From a virus (taxonomy: Duplodnaviria > Caudoviricetes), in IMG/VR virus record IMGVR_UViG_3300048562_000006, positions 1 to 25,483 of that record: a DNA stretch of 25,483 nucleotides; one strand, given 5' to 3'. The translations under genes were made by a program, and so were the position numbers. Positions 15,422 to 22,213 of the stretch are shown here, one piece after another. Positions within the stretch are counted from its first letter, which is position 1, and every line of letters begins with the position of its first letter. The notes below the pieces were generated by a model. It did not search any database. It saw only the letters and a list, made by a program, of their open reading frames with translations, and had not been told where the DNA came from.

Positions 15422-15661
15422 TCATGCAACCTGCTCGCTGTCCAGCATCAATCCCCATCCGAGCGGCCTTGACGATAGCGACCCCGTATCTTCTTCGTGC
15501 GTCCAACGGTGATTACAGTTTCCGCACTCATGACTATCTCCGTCGCGGCCCACGTTCTCCGCTCCGCACTTTGGGCACTCGGGCATTTCTTCCCAATGGT
15601 TTTCACCGCAGCATCCCAGCTTTTCGCCTCTCGGCTCTCCGCAATACCCGCAAACTTCCAT
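15422..15661 (-). CDS. Small Cys-rich Zn-ribbon protein (cassette B3)
   Basis: CGYC, CCGENH, CPKC and CGNC; AAGGAG RBS. Confidence 0.75.
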   Translation of the reverse strand: MEVCGYCGEPRGEKLGCCGENHWEEMPECPKCGAENVGRDGDSHECGNCNHRWTHEEDTGSLSSRPLGWGLMLDSEQVA

Positions 15662-15691
15662 TCCGTTCTCCTTTCTTCTGGTCGGCAAGAC

Positions 15692-15748
15692 GCCGAACCC
15701 TACATTCAACCGGACGCAGTTCCGGCGCCGGTTAATTCCACGTTAGCA
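15692..15748 (+). repeat. attC site B3
   Basis: GCCGAAC...ATT[C]AACCGG...CCGGTTAAT...GTTAGCA, 57 bp. Confidence 0.9.
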
Positions 15749-15752
15749 GTCG

Positions 15753-16010
15753 TCATATCGTGAACGGCTCTTGCAAATCCTGCCAAGGAATAACCCGCGC
15801 CGCTTCCAGTTCGCGGATCGAGGCTTTTGCGTCCATGCCGGCTTTTTCCAGTTCCGCCTTGCCTTCCGGTGTCGCCATCCAAGCGCGCACCGCATCGGCT
15901 TGCACCTGTGCGGGTGAGCGCAGGAACGTCGGGACGGGAAAGACTGCTAACCCGTCGGTCGACGCGGACTCCGCGCCATCAGCCTTCGTTTTTGCGTTGT
16001 CAGTGCTCAT
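15753..16010 (-). CDS. Hypothetical protein (cassette B4)
   Basis: GGAG RBS and ATG inside attC B4. Confidence 0.7.
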   Translation of the reverse strand: MSTDNAKTKADGAESASTDGLAVFPVPTFLRSPAQVQADAVRAWMATPEGKAELEKAGMDAKASIRELEAARVIPWQDLQEPFTI

Positions 16011-16067
16011 GCCTTGTCTCCATCTTGTAGGTCGTTGGCGCGGAGCCGGTCACCTAGGACGTTATAC
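15945..16067 (+). repeat. attC site B4 (long loop)
   Basis: TGCTAAC...GGT[C]GAC[G]CGG-ACTCCGCGCCA-loop-TGGCGCGGAG-CCGGTCACC...GTTATAC, 123 bp. Confidence 0.88.
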
Positions 16068-16147
16068 GTAATGAACCGTTTGCCGACTTTACGGCCCGGT
16101 TTGCCCTGCACCACGGCGATCACAGGTTGGGGTTTTGAATTGCCCAT
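16007..16147 (-). CDS. 46-aa basic peptide (mini-cassette B5)
   Basis: MGNSKPQPVIAVVQGKPGRKVGKRFITYNV...; the TGA overlaps the next ATG; weak RBS. Confidence 0.4.
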   Translation of the reverse strand: MGNSKPQPVIAVVQGKPGRKVGKRFITYNVLGDRLRANDLQDGDKA

Positions 16148-16179
16148 TCTTGCTATAGGCTCACAATTTTAAGCATCAC

Positions 16180-16235
16180 GTATAACTGTGCTTTCGAGCG
16201 GGACGGCTTCGCCGCCCCTCAAAGCGGCGTTAGCC
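16180..16235 (+). repeat. attC site B5
   Basis: GTATAAC...GCTTT[C]GAG[C]GGG...CCCCTCAAAGC...GTTAGCC, 56 bp. Confidence 0.88.
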
Positions 16236-16667
16236 CTTAACGTCAACGTATTCCGTCGTCGGCGTGTATGGGAATGTCACTGGCACACAGCTATCGCCGC
16301 TGGTGTAGCTGCCGCCGTTCGGATCACGAAAGACGCGCCCTTGTGTGTCGTAGGCTTGCCCGTTGAAACGATCGGCCTGCTTGAATACGTGCGAACAGCG
16401 TTTGTTCTGAAACACGCCGTCGCTTGCTTCGTGCCACTCGTGGTCTTCGCCGGTTAGCGGCCCTAGCGGTTCAAACATCGCCAACTTCTCGAACACGCCA
16501 ACACAGTACGGCGCGGACGATCCGCTGTGCCCTTGCTCAGAAAAAACGCGCAGTAGCTCCATCACGTTCTGCTGAATCCATTTGTTTGGCCCATCTTCCT
16601 CTTCGTTAATCGGCTTGTAACCGAGCGCGAGGAATTCGCGCTTTGCATGCTCTACCAGATTGCTCAT
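16230..16667 (-). CDS. Conserved phage hypothetical protein (cassette B6)
   Basis: FSEQGHSGSSA...PLTGEDHEW...FQNKRCSHVFK...VTFPYTP; AGAGGA RBS; TAA lies in the core site. Confidence 0.85.
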   Translation of the reverse strand: MSNLVEHAKREFLALGYKPINEEEDGPNKWIQQNVMELLRVFSEQGHSGSSAPYCVGVFEKLAMFEPLGPLTGEDHEWHEASDGVFQNKRCSHVFKQADRFNGQAYDTQGRVFRDPNGGSYTSGDSCVPVTFPYTPTTEYVDVKG

Positions 16668-16690
16668 GTTCTTTCCTCTCTTCGTAATAG

Positions 16691-16757
16691 GGCTAACTAA
16701 TCAATCAACCCGGACGTGCCGATAATGCCGGCACGCCGGTTATTTCAGCCGTTAGTA
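16691..16757 (+). repeat. attC site B6 (terminal)
   Basis: GGCTAAC...AAT[C]AACCCGG...CCGGTTATT...GTTAGTA, 67 bp. Confidence 0.88.
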
Positions 16758-16964
16758 ATACTCCCGATCAATCTTAAGCTTCCCGCCAGTAATCACGTAA
16801 AGCTGAAATTGCCTCAGTTCAGGCACGCCTTTCCGTTGCCATCCCTTCAGTAGTTGCCGATAGATGCCATACTTGGCAAGTTCCATCTTCGCTTCACGGC
16901 TCAAAGGCAGTCCGCGTTCCCTAGGTTTCCCGCCGTAATGGCGAATGATGTCATCGTATGTCAT
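16752..16964 (-). CDS. Cro-like HTH transcriptional regulator
   Basis: MTYDDIIRHYGG...W...VPELRQFQLYVITGGKLK, an N15/P22 Cro-like pattern; first gene of the leftward operon. Confidence 0.75.
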   Translation of the reverse strand: MTYDDIIRHYGGKPRERGLPLSREAKMELAKYGIYRQLLKGWQRKGVPELRQFQLYVITGGKLKIDREYY

Positions 16965-16970
16965 GGCTGG

Positions 16971-17046
16971 ATTAAATCACACTAAAAAACAATTTGCAAG
17001 ATGTACTGAAAAATAACTTGACATTTTTTTTGCTATCTGCCAAAGT
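16971..17046. promoter_or_regulatory. Divergent sigma70-type promoters
   Basis: Leftward TTGCAA-17-TTTAAT (16999-16971); rightward TTGACA at 17018-17023 with a weak -10. Confidence 0.6.
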
Positions 17047-17076
17047 GACCATACGCAATCACACAGGGGTATCACC

Positions 17077-17283
17077 GTGGCAATCGAAATGAACATCTTT
17101 GAAGGCGAGTCTGTCGCCATCACGAATCACATTGGAACGTCCGGTAGCAAATGGGTCAAGATCGTAGTCCGCGACGTGCATAACCAGCGGCATGAGATTC
17201 ACATCATTCCGGCTGATTCGCAGCGCAACATGGCGTTTTTTATCGGCTGCGACGAGATTGATACTAACAAGGAGGCTGCATAA
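17077..17283 (+). CDS. Hypothetical protein (68 aa)
   Basis: AGGGG RBS, GTG start, TAATG coupling. Confidence 0.7.
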   Translation: MAIEMNIFEGESVAITNHIGTSGSKWVKIVVRDVHNQRHEIHIIPADSQRNMAFFIGCDEIDTNKEAA

Positions 17284-17522
17284 TGGCTGAAGGCAAGAAG
17301 GGCCGCATGACTCGCAGCATTATCACCGCCCTAACCGGCCAGCCTGAACCGCCCTGCACGGTATTCCAATGCCAGCACGCTATGGAGTGCGCAGAATGCC
17401 GCAAAGCCTGTATGTCGTTCTATCGCTATGTCACCAGCGCATCGGGGCGATTCCCTGCTGGATATAGTTTCCGCGAACCGACTGACTTTTACTACCTCAA
17501 AATATTTGAGGGGGAGGAATGA
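17283..17522 (+). CDS. Cys-rich hypothetical protein (79 aa)
   Basis: AAGGAGG RBS; PC...C...C..C...C pattern. Confidence 0.7.
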   Translation: MAEGKKGRMTRSIITALTGQPEPPCTVFQCQHAMECAECRKACMSFYRYVTSASGRFPAGYSFREPTDFYYLKIFEGEE

Positions 17523-17523
17523 A

Positions 17524-18141
17524 ATGAAAATTGAAATCAAGTGCCGCTTTACTGGAAACGTATTGTTCTCGCATGATGTTGAAAACAATTCTATGCGCTT
17601 AACCATAGAGGCTGCCGTTGCGGCACGGGCCAACATGGCACGGGCCAACATGGAAGGGGCCTACATGGCACGGGCCAACATGGCAGGGGCCTACATGGCA
17701 GGGGCCTACATGGCAGGGGCCAACATGGAATGGGCCAACATGGCACGGGCCAACATGGCAGGGGCCAACATGGCAGGGGCCAACATGGAAGGGGCCTACA
17801 TGGCAGGGGCCTACATGGCAGGGGCCAACATGGAAGGGGCCTACATGGCAGGGGCCAACATGGCAGGGGCCAACATGGAAGGGGCCAACATGGCAGGGGC
17901 CGATCTGGATGGTGAAATCTTGAAGATAGCTCCACTATCTCTGATGAATCTCAAATGGAGTGTGCTGATAACCGCCGAGTGCATGCGGATCGGTTGCCAG
18001 CGCCACAAGCATGAGGAATGGGCGGCGTTTGACGATGATGAGATTAAAGGAATGGCCAGCGGCGCTAATGAGTTCTGGCGCGATTGGAAAGAGCCGCTTA
18101 TGCTGCTTTGCGCACGCCACAAGGAACAGGCCGCAAAATGA
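17524..18141 (+). CDS. Pentapeptide-repeat protein (Met-centred repeats)
   Basis: [16 protein letters not shown]-terminus, 18 x [AE][GRW]A[NY]M repeats, C-terminal [11 protein letters not shown] domain. Confidence 0.9.
   Translation: MKIEIKCRFTGNVLFSHDVENNSMRLTIEAAVAARANMARANMEGAYMARANMAGAYMAGAYMAGANMEWANMARANMAGANMAGANMEGAYMAGAYMAGANMEGAYMAGANMAGANMEGANMAGADLDGEILKIAPLSLMNLKWSVLITAECMRIGCQRHKHEEWAAFDDDEIKGMASGANEFWRDWKEPLMLLCARHKEQAAK
17623..17907 (+). repeat. 15-bp coding tandem repeat, 19 units
   Basis: Consensus G[CA]A[GC]GGGCC[AT]ACATG. Confidence 0.95.
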
Positions 18142-18350
18142 CAACCTACATCGTCTATCGGCAAGACACTCCGATACCCACAGGCCGCAAGATCAACAAG
18201 TTTGGCGAATTCGACAAGCGCGGCGAGTACGATGAGCATTCAGCGAATCTGGTTGCACTCGGTCATGTTACCGCAGCGTCCAATGACGATGCGTGGAAGC
18301 AGGCCAAGCGGATGACTCTTAAACCTGTATTGGAGGAGATAAAGGAATGA
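18138..18350 (+). CDS. Hypothetical protein (70 aa)
   Basis: ATGA overlaps at both ends. Confidence 0.7.
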   Translation: MTTYIVYRQDTPIPTGRKINKFGEFDKRGEYDEHSANLVALGHVTAASNDDAWKQAKRMTLKPVLEEIKE

Positions 18351-19060
18351 GCGAACAACAATTTCATCATGAAGTAATGTCAGAGAGAGAAATGAAAGAT
18401 AACTTGGGCGTCTACAAAGCCATCGCAGCCATTACCGCCGCTATGGCTAAGGAGGGCATCGGCAAGAACCGCAAGAATCAGCAGCAAGGGTATTCCTTCC
18501 GAGGTATTGACGATATCTACAATGTACTGTCAGGGATGCTGGCCGAAAACGGGTTGTGCATCATTCCGCGCATCCTTAGCCGTGTTTGTGAGGAGCGTAC
18601 AACGCAGAAGGGTAACGCTCTTTTTTATGTTACTGTGGAAGCCGAATACGATCTTGTCGCGGCTAAGGATGGAAGCAAGCATACTGCAAAGGTATTCGGT
18701 GAGGCGATGGATAGCGCCGACAAGGCTACCAACAAAGCCATGAGTGCGGCTTACAAGTACATGGCTTTCCAGACTTTTGCTATTCCAACAGAAGGCGACA
18801 ATGATGCTGATTCTGTTACGCATTCCGTTGCCCCTGCAAAGAAACCGCCAGAACCTTACGACTACAACAAAGCCTTCGATGACATGGCCGAGGCCGTGAG
18901 CTTGCCGCAGCTTCAGTCTATCTTTGCTCCTGCATACAGACACGCGCAAGACGATGGAAATACCGACATGCTTGCAGAGGTCAAAGCGAAGTACGAGTAT
19001 TTCAAGGCCAAGCTCGCGGCCAACGATGCGAAGAAAGCGCCGGAAGGAGAGGTAATCTAA
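18347..19060 (+). CDS. erf: ERF-family single-strand annealing protein
   Basis: GYSFRGIDDIYN...GEAMDSADKATNKAMSAAYKY...FAIPTE. Confidence 0.85.
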   Translation: MSEQQFHHEVMSEREMKDNLGVYKAIAAITAAMAKEGIGKNRKNQQQGYSFRGIDDIYNVLSGMLAENGLCIIPRILSRVCEERTTQKGNALFYVTVEAEYDLVAAKDGSKHTAKVFGEAMDSADKATNKAMSAAYKYMAFQTFAIPTEGDNDADSVTHSVAPAKKPPEPYDYNKAFDDMAEAVSLPQLQSIFAPAYRHAQDDGNTDMLAEVKAKYEYFKAKLAANDAKKAPEGEVI

Positions 19061-19245
19061 TGCCCAAATGCAGATCATGCGGATGCACGCTAGGCTGTGA
19101 CTCGGACAGCGGCGAGTACATCAAGGAAACTGGCGAGTTCGTTTGCGACGGCTGCTATGATCCTTACTGCAACGAGGATATCAACGACGATTACGAACGG
19201 ACAGACAAGACGGCACCGCTAACCGACATAGGAGGAATAGAATGA
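19060..19245 (+). CDS. Small Zn-finger protein (61 aa)
   Basis: CRSC...CDGC; GAGG RBS; TAATG coupling. Confidence 0.7.
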   Translation: MPKCRSCGCTLGCDSDSGEYIKETGEFVCDGCYDPYCNEDINDDYERTDKTAPLTDIGGIE

Positions 19246-19397
19246 ACCTACTCCACCGCATCTGGCTGCGTCATCTTCGATTCTGGCATACCATCGACCT
19301 TGACGCGGCGCTGCAAACAGAAAATTGGGATATGGCTACCGATTGCAGGCTGCGCATCGCTGAGTGTGACAGGCAGATTGACGGGCTGGCGTTATGA
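19242..19397 (+). CDS. Hypothetical protein (51 aa, MNLLHRIWLRH...)
   Basis: AGGAGG RBS; ATGA overlaps on both sides. Confidence 0.65.
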   Translation: MNLLHRIWLRHLRFWHTIDLDAALQTENWDMATDCRLRIAECDRQIDGLAL

Positions 19398-19651
19398 CCG
19401 GCCTAACTCCAATCGTCTCACTGTCCATGCTCTGCGGCGTGCTGGTAACGTCCAATATTGCCAGCCTGATGCACGCCAATGATATGAGGCATAAAGCCGC
19501 TATTGCCGAAGCCAATCTGGTGCAAGCCGAGCGCAAATGGATGGCGTGCCATAACGACGGCGTCTATACTGTGGGCACGGACATCTATTTGAGCAAGGTT
19601 AGGAAAAGCGAGATGACTACGGCACAGGTTTATGAGGTTAGCGGGTTGTAA
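19394..19651 (+). CDS. Hypothetical membrane-anchored protein (85 aa)
   Basis: Hydrophobic N-terminus; its TAA stop forms part of the attC C1 core (TAAC). Confidence 0.7.
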   Translation: MTGLTPIVSLSMLCGVLVTSNIASLMHANDMRHKAAIAEANLVQAERKWMACHNDGVYTVGTDIYLSKVRKSEMTTAQVYEVSGL

Positions 19652-19732
19652 CGTGTAGGTGACCGGCGCTGCGCGGCTTCATCGCGCAGCGTCCAGAGAG
19701 CGAAGCGAACGAGGTCGACCGTAGGGTTATGC
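19646..19732 (-). repeat. attC site C1 (inverted relative to arrays 1 and 2)
   Basis: Minus strand reads GCATAAC...GGT[C]GACC...GCTGCGCGATGAAGCCGCGCAGC...GGTCACC...GTTACAA, 87 bp. Confidence 0.88.
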
Positions 19733-19754
19733 CTCATTGGTAAAAGGAGTTGAT

Positions 19755-19949
19755 ATGTGGTGCTGGCACAAGTGGGGAAAGTGGAGCGACCCGACAAACG
19801 GCATTTACTCGCCCTTCGGGCCGACCGGATACAGTGAGGTTGGATACTTCGCTGTGGCGCAAATGCGGATTTGCGAAAAGTGCGGAGTAGCGCAGCATCG
19901 CACGCTGCCGAAGGTGCGAAGCCTGGCATCCCTGAAGGGAGAACGGTGA
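19755..19949 (+). CDS. Small hypothetical protein (cassette C1)
   Basis: AAGGAG RBS; CWHKWGKW...QMRICEKCG. Confidence 0.75.
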   Translation: MWCWHKWGKWSDPTNGIYSPFGPTGYSEVGYFAVAQMRICEKCGVAQHRTLPKVRSLASLKGER

Positions 19950-19950
19950 G

Positions 19951-20072
19951 GCATAACTAGAAGTAGACACCCTAATTGAATTGCGAAATGGGGCGCAGCA
20001 AACGCTAATGTACGTTGATAATCAATGCCAATCCGAGACGCTAATCTGATATTAGCAGGGGGCGCGTAAATT
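19951..20072 (-). other. attI-like site 3 (core GTTATGC at 19957-19951)
   Basis: Minus strand reads CAATTAGGGTGTCTACTTCTA-GTT, with the same motif and spacing as sites 1 and 2. Confidence 0.65.
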
Positions 20073-20306
20073 ATGACAACAGGTAAAGAACTATTAATTA
20101 TGTCTCAACCTACAATTTCAGAAATAATTGATAAGCAGCAATGCGAAATAGATCGTTTGAGAAATCGGCTGGCAGAAATCAGGGAAGTATGGGCAGGAGC
20201 GGAAGTCGGAGAGCCTGTTTATGCTCAAGAAGCCTACGCAATTAGGCTATGTAAGCAAATGTATGATCTTGCTTGCGATGCTTTGTATTTGAAAATAATT
20301 TCATGA
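20073..20306 (+). CDS. Hypothetical protein (77 aa)
   Basis: ORF in operon direction (EIREVWAGAE...YAQEAY); the start position is uncertain. Confidence 0.65.
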   Translation: MTTGKELLIMSQPTISEIIDKQQCEIDRLRNRLAEIREVWAGAEVGEPVYAQEAYAIRLCKQMYDLACDALYLKIIS

Positions 20307-20437
20307 CCAACTGGAAACTAGCCCTAGTCGATCCATTGACCGAGTTCTACGCCAGAACAGGCATATGGATAACGCCAACCGAATTTATTATTAGCGTGCT
20401 TGCTGCGGTTGTTGTCGCGCTGATGCTATCGGACTGA
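20303..20437 (+). CDS. 44-aa membrane peptide
   Basis: ATGA coupling; hydrophobic C-terminus FIISVLAAVVVALML. Confidence 0.5.
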   Translation: MTNWKLALVDPLTEFYARTGIWITPTEFIISVLAAVVVALMLSD

Positions 20438-20737
20438 CTTCTTCTTCGCTTCTTCCCTTATTTTTGCCCTCCAAGCCTCAATTTCTGCTTCTGTCTTTGG
20501 CTTGAATACGTAATCGCTGCCAGTCTTGTACCCGCCGCCTTGAGGGGCAGCAGGAGCGGCAGGTCTGGCAGGGCCGTAAAGGTCAGGATCGTTCTCTATG
20601 AACTGGCGCTGCATTCCAGCCGGGATGCTGTTCTGAGCCAGAAGCATAGCCTGAACAACGCGCTTCCGTTCCTCGTAAGGATCGTATTCAGGCTCAGGTT
20701 GCGGATACATCAAATCTGACAGTCTGTTCATAGTCAT
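20426..20737 (-). CDS. Hypothetical protein, last gene of the late operon
   Basis: AGGAG RBS; ATGA overlap with the endolysin stop. Confidence 0.7.
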   Translation of the reverse strand: MTMNRLSDLMYPQPEPEYDPYEERKRVVQAMLLAQNSIPAGMQRQFIENDPDLYGPARPAAPAAPQGGGYKTGSDYVFKPKTEAEIEAWRAKIREEAKKKSVR

Positions 20738-21258
20738 TCTCCTATCACGCTCAAAGCCCGCTGGTAGTATTTCCACCGTTCATGCCAGCCGTTTGTGCCC
20801 CCGTTGATTCGCTTTGTAATACGCAGAAAATCATGCTTGTCAGCAAGCTCATTCAATCCGCGACTCTGCCAGAACCATGCTGCGCTGCGGCAAGCTAGTT
20901 CTGGCTCCTCTAGGCGTTCCGGGGCCTCAATCAGATCAACGCCGAGATACTTGCCGCATTCCTCGTAATTGGCCCGTCCTGTAAGCTGTATGAGGCCCCT
21001 GCCCTTGTACTTGACCCCATCCCCATTGTAGAGGTTGCCGAGGTCATCCCGGCCTTCGTAAGCCTCTCCTGTGGCAAGTTCCTCGACATACCGGAGCTCC
21101 CCGCTCTCATGGGCGACCTGAGCCAAAAACGCCGCTTCCCGCAGCCCGTTCTCCGATATATCGAATTCTTTCATGGCGGCATTAATCGGATCAATGTACC
21201 TGTCTGCACGCTGCTTGGCATACGGCATGATGCGGACAAGTTGATCGAACGAGATCAT
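20734..21258 (-). CDS. Endolysin, glycoside hydrolase family 19
   Basis: AAFLAQVAHESG, YKGRGLIQLTGRANY and ITKRINGG motifs. Confidence 0.95.
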   Translation of the reverse strand: MISFDQLVRIMPYAKQRADRYIDPINAAMKEFDISENGLREAAFLAQVAHESGELRYVEELATGEAYEGRDDLGNLYNGDGVKYKGRGLIQLTGRANYEECGKYLGVDLIEAPERLEEPELACRSAAWFWQSRGLNELADKHDFLRITKRINGGTNGWHERWKYYQRALSVIGE

Positions 21259-21467
21259 ATCTTAAGATGCCCCGACCCATTCAGCCACGCAGCCACCGCA
21301 AGAGCGCCCGCCCCAACCAGCCATAGAAACGATTTAACAACCGACTTACCGACGTTTGTGTACACCCTTTCCAAGGCCACTTCGGCAGCGCGTTCAGCAA
21401 TTCTTTCCACCTGTTCATCCGAAAGATGAGCATATTGCCGCCGTTCCTCTCCTTTGTATTCATCCAT
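21255..21467 (-). CDS. Putative holin or lysis-associated membrane protein
   Basis: 70 aa with one C-terminal TM segment, directly upstream of the endolysin; GGAAGG RBS. Confidence 0.6.
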   Translation of the reverse strand: MDEYKGEERRQYAHLSDEQVERIAERAAEVALERVYTNVGKSVVKSFLWLVGAGALAVAAWLNGSGHLKI

Positions 21468-21480
21468 TTTTACCTTCCTT

Positions 21481-21882
21481 TTATGGTGCCTCAAGAATCG
21501 GATTAGGGTCTTTCCCATCCGGCCTTCCGGCATCGGCAAACTCAACCGCACGATACCAGTACCAAGCCCGGAACGACCCCATGCCGCACGCTTTCAGATG
21601 CTCCCTGAAAAACTCATTTACCTTGTCCTGCCAGTCGTTGTAACTCAGCATTTCCAGCCGCATTGCTTGGCAAAATACGTCATGCACCAGAGACGGTGAC
21701 ATTGAATCTTTGGTATCCATCGTAGGCCCGCTTGCACCGTCCCATGCGAATCCTTTTTTAACGGTTAAATTGCCATTTTTTGCCAATGTGAAATAGTCAT
21801 GCTTTATGCTATTTCCAATAATGGGGGTCTTTATTTTATAGTCTTCAGCAAGAACGTATTTGTATCCCTCTTTATATTTCAT
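21481..21882 (-). CDS. DUF1353-like phage protein
   Basis: KGFAWDGAS...SLVHD...YRAV pattern. Confidence 0.7.
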   Translation of the reverse strand: MKYKEGYKYVLAEDYKIKTPIIGNSIKHDYFTLAKNGNLTVKKGFAWDGASGPTMDTKDSMSPSLVHDVFCQAMRLEMLSYNDWQDKVNEFFREHLKACGMGSFRAWYWYRAVEFADAGRPDGKDPNPILEAP

Positions 21883-21922
21883 ATCCTATACCTCATTAAC
21901 CTGTAGCCTTCGCGGTAGCGGA

Positions 21923-22213
21923 TCATCTCAATTCCCTCCGCGCCAGCACCGACAGCGCCTTGGCGACTTTTTTCAAGAACGCCTTGGCCGATGCCAGATC
22001 GGTTACGTTGTCTTGCACGTACTGAGCGCACTCGTCCGGCGTGTGGGTGACGAGGTATTGGATTACCGCGTCAAGTTTTGCGGCGTCCTTGGCAGCGGTG
22101 TGGGCCTCGGCCTCAACTCGTTTTGCTTCGGCAGCCGCATTCTGTGCCTCCTCCTCCGGAGTCAAGACGTAAGTAACGACTTCCTTGCCGTCGATTATCG
22201 TTACCCGCTTCAT
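21923..22213 (-). CDS. Small protein downstream of the tail fibre (possible fibre chaperone)
   Basis: GGAGGAG RBS and ATGA coupling to the fibre gene; function inferred from position only. Confidence 0.65.
   Translation of the reverse strand: MKRVTIIDGKEVVTYVLTPEEEAQNAAAEAKRVEAEAHTAAKDAAKLDAVIQYLVTHTPDECAQYVQDNVTDLASAKAFLKKVAKALSVLARRELR

Larger units (their letters stand above)
14631..16757 (+). mobile_element. Integron-like cassette array 2 (6 cassettes; attC top strand is +, genes are on -)
   Basis: Six attC-type sites with matched 7-12 bp cassette-end cores. Confidence 0.9.
19646..19957 (-). mobile_element. Integron-like cassette array 3 (1 cassette; attC top strand is -, gene is on +)
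   Basis: The cassette is bounded by the 11-bp inverted cores GTTATGCCTCA and TGAGGCATAAC. Confidence 0.85.

Noticed and set aside
9473-16757. Regularly spaced intergenic palindromes read as a CRISPR array, REP elements or terminators
   Set aside because: The repeats are not identical, the intervals are whole genes, there are no U-tracts, and the AAC/GTT cores with unpaired L-box bases fit attC.
17591-17935. Alternative-frame repeat ORFs (WPLPC, GPTWQ, GQHGR)
   Set aside because: These are shadows of the 15-bp repeat; only the pentapeptide frame has an RBS and sensible flanking domains.
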